Source: Lingula anatina
Taxonomy: Eukaryota > Animalia > Brachiopoda
Direction: 5' to 3'
Length of the DNA: 64,000 nt
Assembly (NCBI GenBank): GCA_051362555.1
Contig: CM120648.1
Span: forward strand, 16,984,587-17,048,586
The notes under the pieces were generated by a model. That model searched no databases, was not told the origin of the DNA, and worked only from the letters and a program-made list of their open reading frames with translations. Position 1 is the stretch's first letter, and every line of letters starts with the position of its first letter. The position numbers were made by a program, and so were the translations under genes. This document shows, in pieces, positions 11,295 to 24,468 of this stretch.

Positions 11295-13517
11295 AATATT
11301 GAGTGTGTAAGGTGTTCTTCCTTCTACTGACACTTTGTGCTACATGTGAACTACAACCTGCTGTAAAATATTGAGTGTGTAAGGTGTTCTTCCTTCTACT
11401 GACACATTGTGCTACATGTGAACTACAACCTGCTGTAAAATATTGAGCGTGTTAGGTGTTCTTTCTTCTACTGACACATTCTGCTACATGTGAACTACAA
11501 CCTGCTGTAAAATATTGAGCGTGTTAGGTGTTCTTTCTTCTACTTACACATTGTGCTACATGTGAACTACAACCTGCTGTAAAATATTGAGCGTGTTAGG
11601 TGTACTTCCTTCTACTGACACATTGTGCTACATGTGAACTACAACCTGCTGTAAAATATTGAGTGTGTTAGGTGTTCTTTCTTCTACTGACACATTGTGC
11701 TACATGTGAACTACAACCTGCTGTAAAATATTGAGTGTGTTAGGTGTTCTTCCTTCTACTGACACATTGTGCTACATGTGAACTACAACCTGCTGTAAAA
11801 TATTGAGTGTGTTAGGTGTTCTTCCTTCTACTGACACATTGTGCTACATGTGAACTACAACCTGCTGTAAAATATTGAGTGTGTTAGGTGTTCTTCCTTC
11901 TACTGACACATTGTGCTACATGTGAACTACAACCTGCTGTAAAATATTGAGTGTGTTAGGTGTTCTTCCTTCTACTGACACATTGTGCTACATGTGAACT
12001 ACAACCTGCTGTAAAATATTGAGTGTGTTAGGTGTTCTTCCTTCTACTGACACATTGTGCTACATGTGAACTACAACCTGCTGTAAAATATTGAGTGTGT
12101 TAGGTGTTCTTTCTTCTACTGACACATTGTGCTACATGTGAACTACAACCTGCTGTAAAATATTGAGTGTGTTAGGTGTTCTTTCTTCTACTGACACATT
12201 GTGCTACATGTGAACTACAACCTGCTGTAAAATATTGAGTGTGTTAGGTGTTCTTCCTTCTACTGACACATTGTGCTACATGTGAACTACAACCTGCTGT
12301 AAAATATTGAGTGTGTTAGGTGTTCTTCCTTCTACTGACACATTGTGCTACATGTGAACTACAACCTGCTGTAAAATATTGAGTGTGTTAGGTGTTCTTT
12401 CTTCTACTGACACATTGTGCTACATGTGAACCACAACCTGCTGTAAAATATTGAGCGTGTTAGGTGTTCTTTCTTCTACTGACACATTGTGCTACATGTG
12501 AACCACAACCTGCTGTAAAATATTGAGCGTGTTAGGTGTTCTTTCTTCTACTGACACATTGTGCTACATGTGAACTACAACCTGCTGTAAAATATTGAGT
12601 GTGTTAGGTGTTCTTTCTTCTACTGACACATTGTGCTACATGTGAACTACAACCTGCTGTAAAATATTGAGTGTGTTAGGTGTTCTTTCTTCTACTGACA
12701 CATTGTGCTACATGTGAACCACAACCTGCTGTAAAATATTGAGTGTGTTAGGTGTTCTTTCTTCTACTGACACATTGTGCTACATGTGAACTACAACCTG
12801 CTGTAAAATATTGAGTGTGTTAGGTGTTCTTTCTTCTACTGACACATTGTGCTACATGTGAACCACAACCTGCTGTAAAATATTGAGTGTGTTAGGTGTT
12901 CTTTCTTCTACTTACACATTGTGCTACATGTGAACTACAACCTGCTGTAAAATATTGAGTGTGTTAGGTGTTCTTTCTTCTACTTACACATTGTGCTACA
13001 TGTGAACTACAACCTGCTGTAAAATATTGAGTGTGTTAGGTGTTCTTTCTTCTACTGACACATTGTGCTACATGTGAACTACAACCTGCTGTAAAATATT
13101 GAGTGTGTTAGGTGTTCTTTCTTCTACTGACACATTGTGCTACATGTGAACCACAACCTGCTGTAAAATATTGAGTGTGTTAGGTGTTCTTTCTTCTACT
13201 TACACATTGTGCTACATGTGAACTACAACCTGCTGTAAAATATTGAGTGTGTTAGGTGTTCTTTCTTCTACTGACACATTGTGCTACATGTGAACTACAA
13301 CCTGCTGTAAAATATTGAGTGTGTTAGGTGTTCTTTCTTCTACTGACACATTGTGCTACATGTGAACTACAACCTGCTGTAAAATATTGAGTGTGTTAGG
13401 TGTTCTTTCTTCTACTGACACATTGTGCTACATGTGAACCACAACCTGCTGTAAAATATTGAGTGTGTTAGGTGTTCTTTCTTCTACTGACACATTGTGC
13501 TACATGTGAACCACAAT
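11295..13517 (+). repeat. 72-bp minisatellite, ~31 highly homogeneous copies
   Basis: Unit AAATATTGAGTGTGTTAGGTGTTCTTTCTTCTACTGACACATTGTGCTACATGTGAACTACAACCTGCTGTA. Anchors recur every 72 bp (11341, 11413 ... 11701). Stops in all six frames. Confidence 0.97.
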
Positions 13518-13876
13518 CTAGTGAAATGCAGTGTCATCCACCCCCCCCCCCCCTCCCCTTCATCCCTCTCCCCCCTCCACTTCCTCGGTTGTAAGACATC
13601 CATAGTTATGTAAATTGCTGTGACAAAATATTGAGTCCATTGAATGTCAATACTATCCTCATTATTGAAGAGCATCAGGAGAATTGTGAGAGAAACCTTT
13701 TTCCAAGGCTACAGGCATCTATTTCCTCCTTTTATCCTCAGTAAAAATAAACCTGGCTGTTAAACTGAATCTGCAGACTAAACATGGTGTTGAAGTGTTG
13801 GTAAATATAAACATATAATAAAGAACATCTACTGCCATGGCTGGATTACTGCCTTTGTTCAGTAACTACACTGTAA

Positions 13877-14091
13877 GACTGCATGCCCATAGATTTAGAT
13901 CGATCCATCTGGATCGACCTAACTCCCTGGGGGTTCATGCTAGATTGCTGTCAGCCGACCGCGCACAGTAGTTAATTACCCCCTTACAGCTTTTAGTAGG
14001 CGGGACAGACGCTTATGCTGGCTAAGCTGACAGTAATCTAGTGATACTCCCCACAGGGATAGATCGATCTAAAATCTGTGGGAATGGGGTC
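13877..14091. mobile_element. PIF/Harbinger-like MITE
   Basis: TAA TSD (13874-13876 and 14092-14094). Imperfect TIR GACTGCATGCCCATAGATTTAGATCGATC / GATCGATCTAAAATCTGTGGGAATGGGGTC. Confidence 0.7.
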
Positions 14092-14337
14092 TAAGATAAC
14101 CCACTACATTTCTCCTAGGGTGGATGGTTGGATGACTTCAGAAATGATGCAATTCATGTCAAGTTAATTAAAACTTAGGGCTTAGCTCACATATGTTAAG
14201 GTTAACAATTTTATGATGGTCTTTGACTTGTAAAATTATATTGCTTTATAGGCAAATAACACTGACTTATTGTGTTGATAAATAGTTGTGTTATCCTAAA
14301 GCAAACAACTGAGATCCTTGATCCATAACAAAGATCC

Positions 14338-14427
14338 TCAACACACAAACACAAACACACGCACATACATAAACACACACACACATACACACACATACAC
14401 ACACATAAACACACACACACACACACA

Positions 14428-14459
<32 letters not shown>

Positions 14460-14544
14460 TACACACACACACATACACACACACATAGACACACACACAC
14501 ACACACACATACACACACACACATACACACACACACATACACAC
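14338..14544. repeat. Compound (CA)n/(CATA) microsatellite
   Basis: Direct inspection. It explains the spurious VC-rich ORFs. Confidence 0.95.
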
Positions 14545-16912
14545 CTGTGACACAGTTTTCAAGTACTATAAGATGCCAACTGATACAATCAGACACAGAG
14601 GTATATAACACCCTACAGGGGAAGATGTCAATCTATTTGTTTGGCTAACCTGGAACAGAGCACAATGACAGGTGTAATAAACACCTGAAGGTGACATCAC
14701 CGCACTGCCTGCAGAATAGATCACCTGTTAATGTCCTAGCACTGGGCCACTACAGTGCTTAATCAAGGACGGCATCTCTAAATACTAGTAACATATTCTT
14801 TATATTCAAATCTATTCCTACACTTGCTGAACTACTAATTGTTCAGTCTGAACTGAGACAAATGATTTTTTTATCAATCAGTCTTATTTTATTTATCTAT
14901 TTATTTATTTATTTATTTATTTTTTTTATTTTATTTTATTTTTTTTTTTTTGTAGTAGTAGTAGTAGTAGAATATCTGTGCAGCCACATACAGCCTAAAG
15001 TTTTAAAATATATTGACTAATGGGGCAACATCAGCAGTGAACTGTTTTAACATGGACATAAAGGCAGGAGAAAAAAATGTAGAACATCCATGTTCCTTTA
15101 ACTGTACAAAGAGACCTCTGATCTCTATGACCTACTGGGGTTGGCTTGTCAAATGTTCACTGGTGCAATTGTTCTTCTAGAAAATGTCATTAAAATCCCC
15201 CCCCCCCCCCAACCCAGGCAGTTGCTGCAACTCTGAGCTAAAAATATCATGCTTGTAAACATCTTTGTATTCAAATGATGCAGTCAGACTACACAATGTA
15301 ACAAGTGATCTCATGTTTGTCTGCTCAATACCATACACTGGATGCCTTCACATCCATCTAGCTGACAGAATGTCGATCTGACTACTGATCTAACTGTATT
15401 ATAACTGACTGACTGATGATCTGTTTTATAACTGACTGACTGATGATCTCACTGTACTATAAAAAACTGAATTCCTTCAGCAATTTTTTCTATGCAATGA
15501 CTAACAATCCTCAGGACCTCCATTATCACTCTCATAAATATTTATCTGACCACTTTAGTTTTCTAAGTACCATCTTCACCAGATGATAAATGAATGGTGT
15601 CTGTTCACCAGCAGTCTACAGCTGTGTTGTATTTGTACATTAGTTCTCCAACAGTGAAGTCACAGCTCTTAAAGTATATAATTATACTAGTTGTTATATA
15701 ACATCACATAATATTCAATGACTCTGTCTTGAGGTAACATATGGTCTTTATATAAAACTGGTTGTTATTATCATGTTATCAAATAGTATTTTTATACAGT
15801 AATGCCCATAGATGCTATTTGCCGCCAGGTAAAGTACTAGTATGGCCATTTTGATGATGGGGTAATATCAGTACTGTAGTGTTTTAAAAGATGAAAGTGC
15901 AAATTTCTAGATGCCATGTATTACCTGGGTTCATTTCAAAACCTCAACAGCAAAAAACAGCTGCACATATATATAAGTACTACAGCTCAGTGAAACCTAC
16001 TGTACTTGCTTAAAATCTCCCATTTAGATTATATCACATTATATTACAGCAATTGTCAACAGACTTAAATAAACAAGACTGCCTAACATGTATTTAAAAG
16101 ATCTGATGTTATCAAATTTATGGCACTGGATTGTTTGTCCTGTGTCAATAAGTATAAATATCAACTTAGGTGATTAATCTTAAGAGATTAAAAGTAATCC
16201 CTCACATTGATTGCTATCTAATACTATCTACAGATCTGTAAGTAACATAACGTGCTTCCAGGGACTTCAACAGGTAAAACTGACACCTGAAGATGCTGCC
16301 AGCGCTAAATGTTTACAATATTTTGATCAGCATAGTTGCTTAATATATGCCTGTAAAGTAAAGAACCCCATAACATTCCTAAAAGAGGAAAAATCTTATA
16401 TTTTGCATATAACTCAATAATTCAAAGCAAACTAACCTATTGGTATATTTCAGGGTATATATGACCTCTAGCGTTAAGCTGAAATTCACCATGTCAATGC
16501 AAACCTCGACAACAATTAATTCAGAGTTTTCTCAGCGTACTCTACCATACTACTTACACCAGAAACAATTTAGGGGGAAGGCTCTATAACTAGCCATGCA
16601 TATCTTTTCTGCATAACATAATCATTTTAATATTATAAAAAATCTTAAAATACATGACTGGGGTAGCGCTAACACTCCCCAATTTAGCCAAATGCTAAAA
16701 CTGACAAATTGGCTAAAGAAAAAGGGCTTGATTTGACTTGTTTTAGCCAAATTATAACCATTTTCATAACAAATTGACAAAAACGTGTTGATGTGGCTAA
16801 GCAAAAAAATTGCTAGCACTACCCCAGCATGATTTCTGTTTTTAAGCCTTATTCTAAGCAAGAAAGGCTGTAAACTGCATGGTAATCAATTAAGATTTGT
16901 CTAAACAAAACG

Positions 16913-16943
<31 letters not shown>

Positions 16944-17606
16944 AGCCTGCTATACATCACATCCTAAAATGCCTGGAATTCATTGGTTTACCATGAGAGA
17001 AAGTATCAACACAATTTTGTGAAAATGAATGAATGAATGAATAAAACAGATGAATGATTAAATGAATGAATGAATAACAAATGGATTAATGAATGAAATG
17101 ATGAATGGATAAATCACTGCATAAATAAATGGGTGGATGAATAAATAAATGATTCAGCCATACTCTTTATCAAAAAATAGAAAAATAAAATCAGAGGACA
17201 GGTGGTGTTATTGACATAAAAAACATTTTTCATTTTATTTTTTCAATATATCATTCATCAGCTACATACATTAATACTTTCCAAGCAGAAGAACTTAGCT
17301 GACACTGGATTATTACACTTCAACGTTGATATTATTATCAACCAATGCATTATCATCAGTAAAGCAAAATAAGCAATATGACAGGCTCAGCACAGGAACA
17401 CGTAATTAATGACAATGCCTGAAATACAACGTCGTATAGGAACCAAAACATCAATGTTATTGTTTTCGTTGCTGGAATTCAATGTCTTATGATAAAACAC
17501 ATGTAATGTTACCCTGTCTTGAATACAACGTCATATAATGACAAAGTAACGATCCTTTCGTTATCGTTGCTGGAATAAATCGTCAGAATCACATACTGTA
17601 CACAGC

Positions 17607-18013
17607 TGAAGTGAACCCGAGTGGCTAAAGTCACTTATTCTTGTGATAACTACAGTCTAACTAGCAGTGATACACATAAAGGCGGCTGTCACGCCCTGAT
17701 CAGGGGCGTAGACCGCTTACCTTATATTCCACTTATAGGAATCCTGGTACGGTCTCACAACCGCTCCATGATCAATATCCACTATGGCACTATTGCTGAA
17801 TGTCAGCTATAGTGGTATAATTAAGTAGGTATGGTATTGGTCAAGGAATACTCGCAGATTGTGGATTTGACGCCCAAGGTGTGTTCTGTCCGGTGTCTCG
17901 TAGTCGAGTGTTAGTCAATTCATATCACGCGCTTCTTCAGCGTGTGTCGACACCTGGATGGCGCTTCTTCAAGACAGCCCACAACCTTAACATACTGGTT
18001 CACAATCACAACA
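17607..18013 (-). repeat. 3' LTR of non-autonomous element copy 1
   Basis: TGAAGTGAACCC...AATCACAACA, followed by the PPT complement TTCCCCCCCA. Confidence 0.93.
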
Positions 18014-19364
18014 TTCCCCCCCATTTTATAATAATTTTTTTTTTAAAAAAGGGACCATCCCAATTTTGCATATTTTCTAAAATGGGGAATATACACGTTT
18101 AAAAATTGAAGGACCAGCCTTGAAATGCTTGAACTTATAAAAATTTTAATTTAAAAGATTGTTATAAAAAGATTCCCCAAATTCCTTTTAAAACAATATC
18201 CCCGAATTCCTTTTAAAAACAATAGGACCAGCCTATTATATGTTTAAACAAATGGGACCAGCCCATTAATTTAAATGTTATAGTCTTTGGGGATATATAA
18301 TAAAATGGTCTCTGGTTTAACTCTGTATGTTTTTGGAGAGAGTCAATTTAACTACAATCTCCAAGCAGAGTATCAACCAGATTTCGGATCATCACCTTTG
18401 GCTGAATAAATGAAAATAAATGGCATTTTTTATTTATTCACCACAGTTATCTTGCATTTCTTACCAATTCTCAGTCAAGGGAACCTCTCCATGGGCATAC
18501 TGGACTAGATCCCCTGTATCAGGACTTATACCTAATTCATCCAATTCGGAGAATACCCAGATTTTGATTTATGCAAAGGAAAAGTGCAATTGTGCAATAA
18601 ACATATAAATAAAATATATATATTACATATACACAAATATATACATATATACATACATACATATATACATTTTTTTATGCAGGTATTCATCCAAATTGTA
18701 AATGAAACTGAGCAAAATTTGGAAAATGCTAACTTATTTTGGTGATTCTCCCTCTGAGGCATTGAACTGTTAAAACTACCAAATGAAGTATTCCTCACCA
18801 GAACTACCAGAATTCAGATGTTAGCAATCTTTTCTGATTGTAAGTCTATTCTCCCCAAACAGGTAGCATTTAGATTGGTGAGTAAACCTCACTATGTTCA
18901 GTAGTTCTTGGGGGTTAATACTGTACCAATTGCAGGTATGGCCAACTCTGATGGTTCAGCCAAAACCTTTTCAATATGACAATTGCACCCTCACAGTCCA
19001 AGTCTCAGATAAAAAGTTACTTCCCGGTCAAATGATGTGTATACAGAGGTTGAGAGATTTTATAAAAAAATAAGATAAGGGATTTCCTCCCCAAAAACAA
19101 AAAAAAAAAGAAATTTTTTATAGAAAGTTATTTTGCTACTTTTTCAATGATTTGGTTATTGATAAACTCCAGTTTTAATTCCAAACTGTTTTGAAGTCTG
19201 AATTTATTAAATATTTGATGTGCAATATATCTTTAATATGCACAAACACACAAATATAAATATAAATTTACAAATGAGGACCTATACATTTACTGCAAAA
19301 CTTGAACCTTGATACTGTACTGGAAGAAATAAATTTTATAAATAATTATTATTGTGTATTTTGT

Positions 19365-19800
19365 GTATCTCTCTAAAACCTCCTTCAGATCAGTGACATG
19401 ATAAGTGAAATAAGACTTTCCTTTGACCAGAATATCATCTAGGTATGCAAATTCTGTCTTCCATATGGAACCCCTCTGTAACAGACTTACAAATCTAGAG
19501 ATAGCGGGGTATTAGTGAGCCCTTAACCCCTTTTCTAGTCCTTATTTTGCCACAAAAGCAGTTATTAACTGGTTTCCTATTGACATCTTCTGTCTAAAAA
19601 CAGAATTGCCGTCAATTTTAGAAACTCAAGTTTTCCTGCTAATGTATTTAGGCAATCTTCCATAAGGGGAAGAGGAAATGTCATTCACCATCACATAATT
19701 AGGTAGTACACGATGATAATAACACCACCACGCACTACTGTCACATTTTCTGATCAAAAATAAAGCCGAATCCCAATCAGATGTTGACTTTTACTGCACC
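19365..19800 (-). pseudogene. Frameshifted reverse-transcriptase remnant inside the non-autonomous element
   Basis: Fragments read FPLPLMEDCLNTLAG and FAYLDDILVKGKS. Nucleotide blocks match pol at 63360-63800, e.g. CAATCTTCCATAAGGGGAAGAGG is identical at ~19653 and ~63663. Confidence 0.85.
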
Positions 19801-21689
19801 AACCTTTGAGCCCTTGCACTATTTTGTTGTTGTTATTATTTTTATTTAAATTATTGTGTGAATAAAATGGGCTACTTTTCAATTATTTTTTAAATTATTG
19901 TCTAATAAAATAGGCTGGTATGTGACACGAGTTGTTTTAATTGTGTCACTAAATATATATATAAAAAGTTTTGAGTTTTCAACATCCAATTGAGCCAACA
20001 TTATTTGAATCATATTGACCATTGGGAATGGGAATGAATCGGGTAATTTGGTATACACAATCCATGGGACAGACTCCCAAATACATGAGACTTATACCCA
20101 TATTTTTGGCGTGTAACCTTCACAATCGGGTAATATTAGCATCGTCAATTCCCCTGAGATAGAGTACATGTATACACACTAACACATACCCCAACAGGAA
20201 CAACTGGTTATGCTAGTTGGTATAAATCGGGTTGGATCAGAATAATTGAATCAGAGTCAGTCGCATTGATCAGATGCGAGAGAAGTCTCATCAAATATCT
20301 GAATCCTATCACATGGTTGTCACTGTTTGGGAATGGCCTGGCCAAATATGTGGGAAAGACAGTAGGATCTCTTTAGGTTATGTCACTGGTACATTTACCT
20401 TAATCTACTAACTGTTCTCCACTTAAGGTCTAGATGAGATGGTACATCAGGAAATTTAGCCCATATTTTAGGAGTAATGCTGCTATGCTTACATATACCC
20501 CTTAGGCCAAATAATTCCTTCCAAAGAGCACACATCTTTTGTAATGGCCAGTCTAAAATTTACAGAAACAGAACCTCTGAGACAGATCTCAAATAATTTT
20601 AAACTGAATTCTACCCCTTTAGGTTATACAATACTATGACCAAAAATTATTTATTTCCAAACTGGAAGTACTGTACATATGTGCATTTTCCTTATTTATT
20701 TTGGAGACAATTAACATGCCAGCTGGTGAAACTACAAAGCCAATGGTTTTTATTACAAAAACTACTTTTGACTTTTACATTATTTGGGTAGAAATTTTAT
20801 CAAATATCACCTTTAAACCAAACTGAAATCTAAATTACCCATATAAATTATTCCCTGTCTCAAAAATTGTCAAATGTAAAAATAGATGAAAACATCACAC
20901 TTGTGGCCAACCAGCTGTAGTGTGGTTAATTGTTTAGAAATCCATTTATTGATTCTATTATACGGATAGGGTTATAGAAAGAATTAATATATTTGTTCCT
21001 TGCTTGACTTGGGTAAAGTAAAAGTAACCAAAGCAAAGCAAAACAATGCCTGACAAATCACAGGCTAACTAAGAGCCTCCTTACTTGAAAAAATTATAAG
21101 AGATACAAAACAGGAAATTACAAATAAAGAGTTAGAGGACAAAGAAAAAGATACAGACTAAATACAAATTATGAAAGATTTTGGTCTAATAACAGCAGGA
21201 AAAGGAAAGGAAAAGAAAGAAGAAAAGAAAAAGAAAAGAAAAGGTGAAATTCAGAAAGGATGATGATAAGGAGAAGAATATTAATGATAATGACATGATT
21301 TTTTAACATGGCATGGAAAATAGATAAAGGCATGATTAACGAGATTCTGTTCAGGTTTTGCTCTGAGAGATGACTGCTCTTGTCTACGGTCTTTGTTCAG
21401 TGATGTTAACTCTCCCTTTTTATAAACTCACAGCACCTACAGCCAAGCCTAGACACACTCAGCCACTGCTACACAAGAGGATAGGTTGTCCCCATTTCCT
21501 CCCTCCACCAAATTCAAATGGACAAGCTGTATTATATTATTATTTCTCCCTTCCTTCTCTGACCAGCAGAGTTGTTAGAGAGATTTTAATTTTTAAGCTT
21601 TTGCCCACAAGAACCAGCAGAGTTCGGAACATTTGATAGGACAGCCCCCAACGAAGCATCCGATAGCTGATATAGCCAGTAAGGAACCC

Positions 21690-23657
21690 TCCGTTGGACC
21701 ACCATGAGACTAGCTTCATATGCCCAGCACCGGACCGAGGAACATCTGTGATTAAAAGATCATTGTTAACCATCATTACTTCCCAAAGACAATGCAAATT
21801 GGTTTTTATCTTACTGACCAACTACTATGAACAGGGTTTACAAGGATGCAGTTGCTTACCCTGGCCCCAGTCAGTTTAATTATTCCCAACGTTGCCTCTA
21901 GGGCTTGTTGGAAAAACTGACATTGTTCATAGCATCCTCTATTGATGTAAAGTGAGACAAACGTGCATATTTTCCCATCTCCCGATCCAAACACCCCCAA
22001 AAGAATTTTGTAATACATTCCTTTAAGGTGAATGATTCAGGTAGATCTAGGAACACGTCTGTGGCCAGAAAGAAAACCTACATGTAGCATGTCCACTCAT
22101 TTAAAGATTAGTTTGGGGATTTTTACTGCTTGATAGAACTTTGTATGTGAAATTTCTGGGAGATTTCCCCTTTGAAACAGTGTTAAGCTCACTGATCAAG
22201 GCAGTAAAAAGAATTGGAGCACAGTGATTTGGTGTATAAGTTAATGATGTTACATCTTGAGCTCCAATGTATATACTGGTAATCTTTGCACTAATTTTTC
22301 CATCCACCCATTTACCTCCCTGTAGCTTTGGAACACTCATCTTAAGTCTTCTCAGTCCTCCTCATTTTTAAAGGATTTTTAAGAAGATCTAAAGAACTTC
22401 CCCTTTTTTTATATATATATACATGGGGATGTGTAACCTCGGCTTGGAGAAAGGTGGAGGTTTTTCACTGACTTTGGAAAGCCCTGTATATTTTGAGAAC
22501 TTTCTTCATCCTTAGGCAAATAAGATGGTTTAATTTTTATTGCCCTTTCTGACTCAATAACGTTTAAGAGTAGGAAAAGTGGATGAGAATTCTCAACAGG
22601 ATTTTCTTCAGTCAGAGCTGCTGTACCCAATGGTTTTGAGAATCCACTAATAGTTGGATGGGGGACACTGGGCACATCACCTGGAGCAGGTTTATTCCCC
22701 CACCAGGTTCAGCACCCTGTGTATTAAATTGGTTTGGGTTTAAAGATTTTTAGAAATTTGTCCAAATATTGGGGGCTACCAGGCACCAGAATAAGCATGT
22801 TGGGATTAGTGCCTGATGTTTGAAAGGGATGGGTTGTAAAGTGGGGGTAAATTTTGGGTTGGATTTCTCAAGTTTGGTAGCAAATCATCAAGATCAGGGT
22901 TGGGAAACTGTCACCAAAAACCTGCTTGAATTAAGGGATTTGTTGATGTTAAATATCCTAAAGGGTAAATAAATTATGAATTTTAAAAGAAGGTAACAGC
23001 TGATGTTTTTTCCCTTCCCAAAATGTTCACTATTCCAATAACATTGGGCTGGGGGAAAGTGCAGAAATTAATTGGCAAAGACTACAGTATGTAATTTCAT
23101 CCATATCTTTCTCAAACTCCTGAATGTCCAGTAATGATATGCTGTTTTTAAATATATATTTTTGATTGAGTATTACACTTGTATTTGGGTGGCTTACTTT
23201 AAACTTTTACTTAAACTTTACACTAGAATTTTAATTTTGTTTTATAAACAAAAAAAATTTATAACTTTGTTATTTTGAGTTGTTCACTATACTTTAATAA
23301 TTGTTAAATTTCAGCTGTTTGTTCATTACTTATAACATCAGATAATGAGAAATCAATAGATGTGGGGAATTGCATTAGCTCTTTGTGGACAGGTTTAGGC
23401 ATCATAAATGGAAGAGGTTGGGGAGAAATAATGTATTTTGGGTTTTGCCCTCTTTAAAATATTGATAAAATTTCGAAGAATAAAAATAGGGCAACATTTT
23501 AGATTTAGTTTTGACCAAAATTTTTGTGCTCATCCAAGAAGATACCTTATTATTACTCCTGAAATCTAAAAGAGCTTCTGCATGCTTTTGACCTATACCA
23601 GGCACTCTAATTAGCTCATCATAGGTAGGTAAGATCTACCTTAGATCCCATTGACAT
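21690..23657 (-). pseudogene. Decayed gag remnant with N-terminal helix-hairpin-helix motif
   Basis: First ORF position after the PBS/leader. It reads MSMGSKVDL-(frameshift)-TYDELIRVPGIGQKHAEALLDFRS (ComEA/HhH_3-like). Downstream are fragments such as DREMGKYARLSHFTSIEDAM and a possible zinc-knuckle trace GHMK near 21715. Confidence 0.55.
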
Positions 23658-24454
23658 TGTTATAACTTGACAAGTCAAAGGTCACACTAACCCAGCATAT
23701 TTCTGTAAAAGAGGCACTTCCTGTCCCCAATTAGTGTGCGAGTTAATCAGAAGACCTGTCTTCTTGTGATCCGGAACTTTCAGATTCACTGAGAAGGTCA
23801 GGGGGAAAGTCAAAAATAGGGCTGAGGGGTATTTTGTAAAAGACAATGGAATGGGCAATGTGAATATATACTGCTGTCTGTTCTTGGGCTAAATGTAGCC
23901 GGAAATACAATAAATGAAGTCAAAGGTTCACTTTTGACCTTAAAACTAGGTAAAAATTGAAAATAAATGTAAACCCAAAAATACCTTCCCTCAAAAATTT
24001 ATTCAAATTTCCCCGAAAAACTTCACCCTAACCAAAGAAATAAGAAACTTTACCCTGAATAAATCTCCAAATATGGTAAATTCTAAGATAAATTTTATAA
24101 AAATAAACCCTTACCTTTAAAAAACAGATGCTAGCAGTATATATTAGGGGATCACTACCAATTAGTCTGGGGGGCCTCATGTTATCCCCAAGAATAAGTG
24201 AGATTACTTTATAATCAAATTTAGATGAAAGAATTTCCTTTTAATCTTTAAATTTAGTAACCAAAATCATTACTTTCATATACCACCAAATGGACGTACG
24301 TTGGACAATAAAAAGTATTGCCACCCCTGCACACGGATCGTGGAGTTAAATAAACTTTCACTCCCCCCACCTATCCAAAATTGGCGGCAGACAAAGGAAT
24401 TTAAAAATTTCTTACACCAAAAATTGATCAAAGAACAGGAAACGGGATCGGTTT

Positions 24455-24466
24455 TCCTTGTCGCCA
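24455..24466 (-). promoter_or_regulatory. Primer-binding site, probably tRNA-Ser(GCU)
   Basis: TGGCGACAAGGA, 2 nt inside the 5' LTR. It matches the complement of the usual eukaryotic tRNA-Ser(GCU) 3' end (TGGCGACGAGGA) at 11/12 positions (recalled, not searched). Confidence 0.65.
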
Positions 24467-24468
24467 AA

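Noticed and set aside
14211-14611. Cys/Val-rich ORFs
   Set aside because: Translations of a (CA)n microsatellite.
17621-18102. 63-84 aa ORFs in the LTRs (repeated at 24483 and 50966)
   Set aside because: Antisense to the element, non-ATG starts, and not preserved in the related 414-bp LTR.
20090-20180. Possible PHD remnant (YSI.RGIDD) in the non-autonomous element
   Set aside because: It lies upstream of the RT remnant, the wrong position for an integrase C-terminal domain; the match is too weak.
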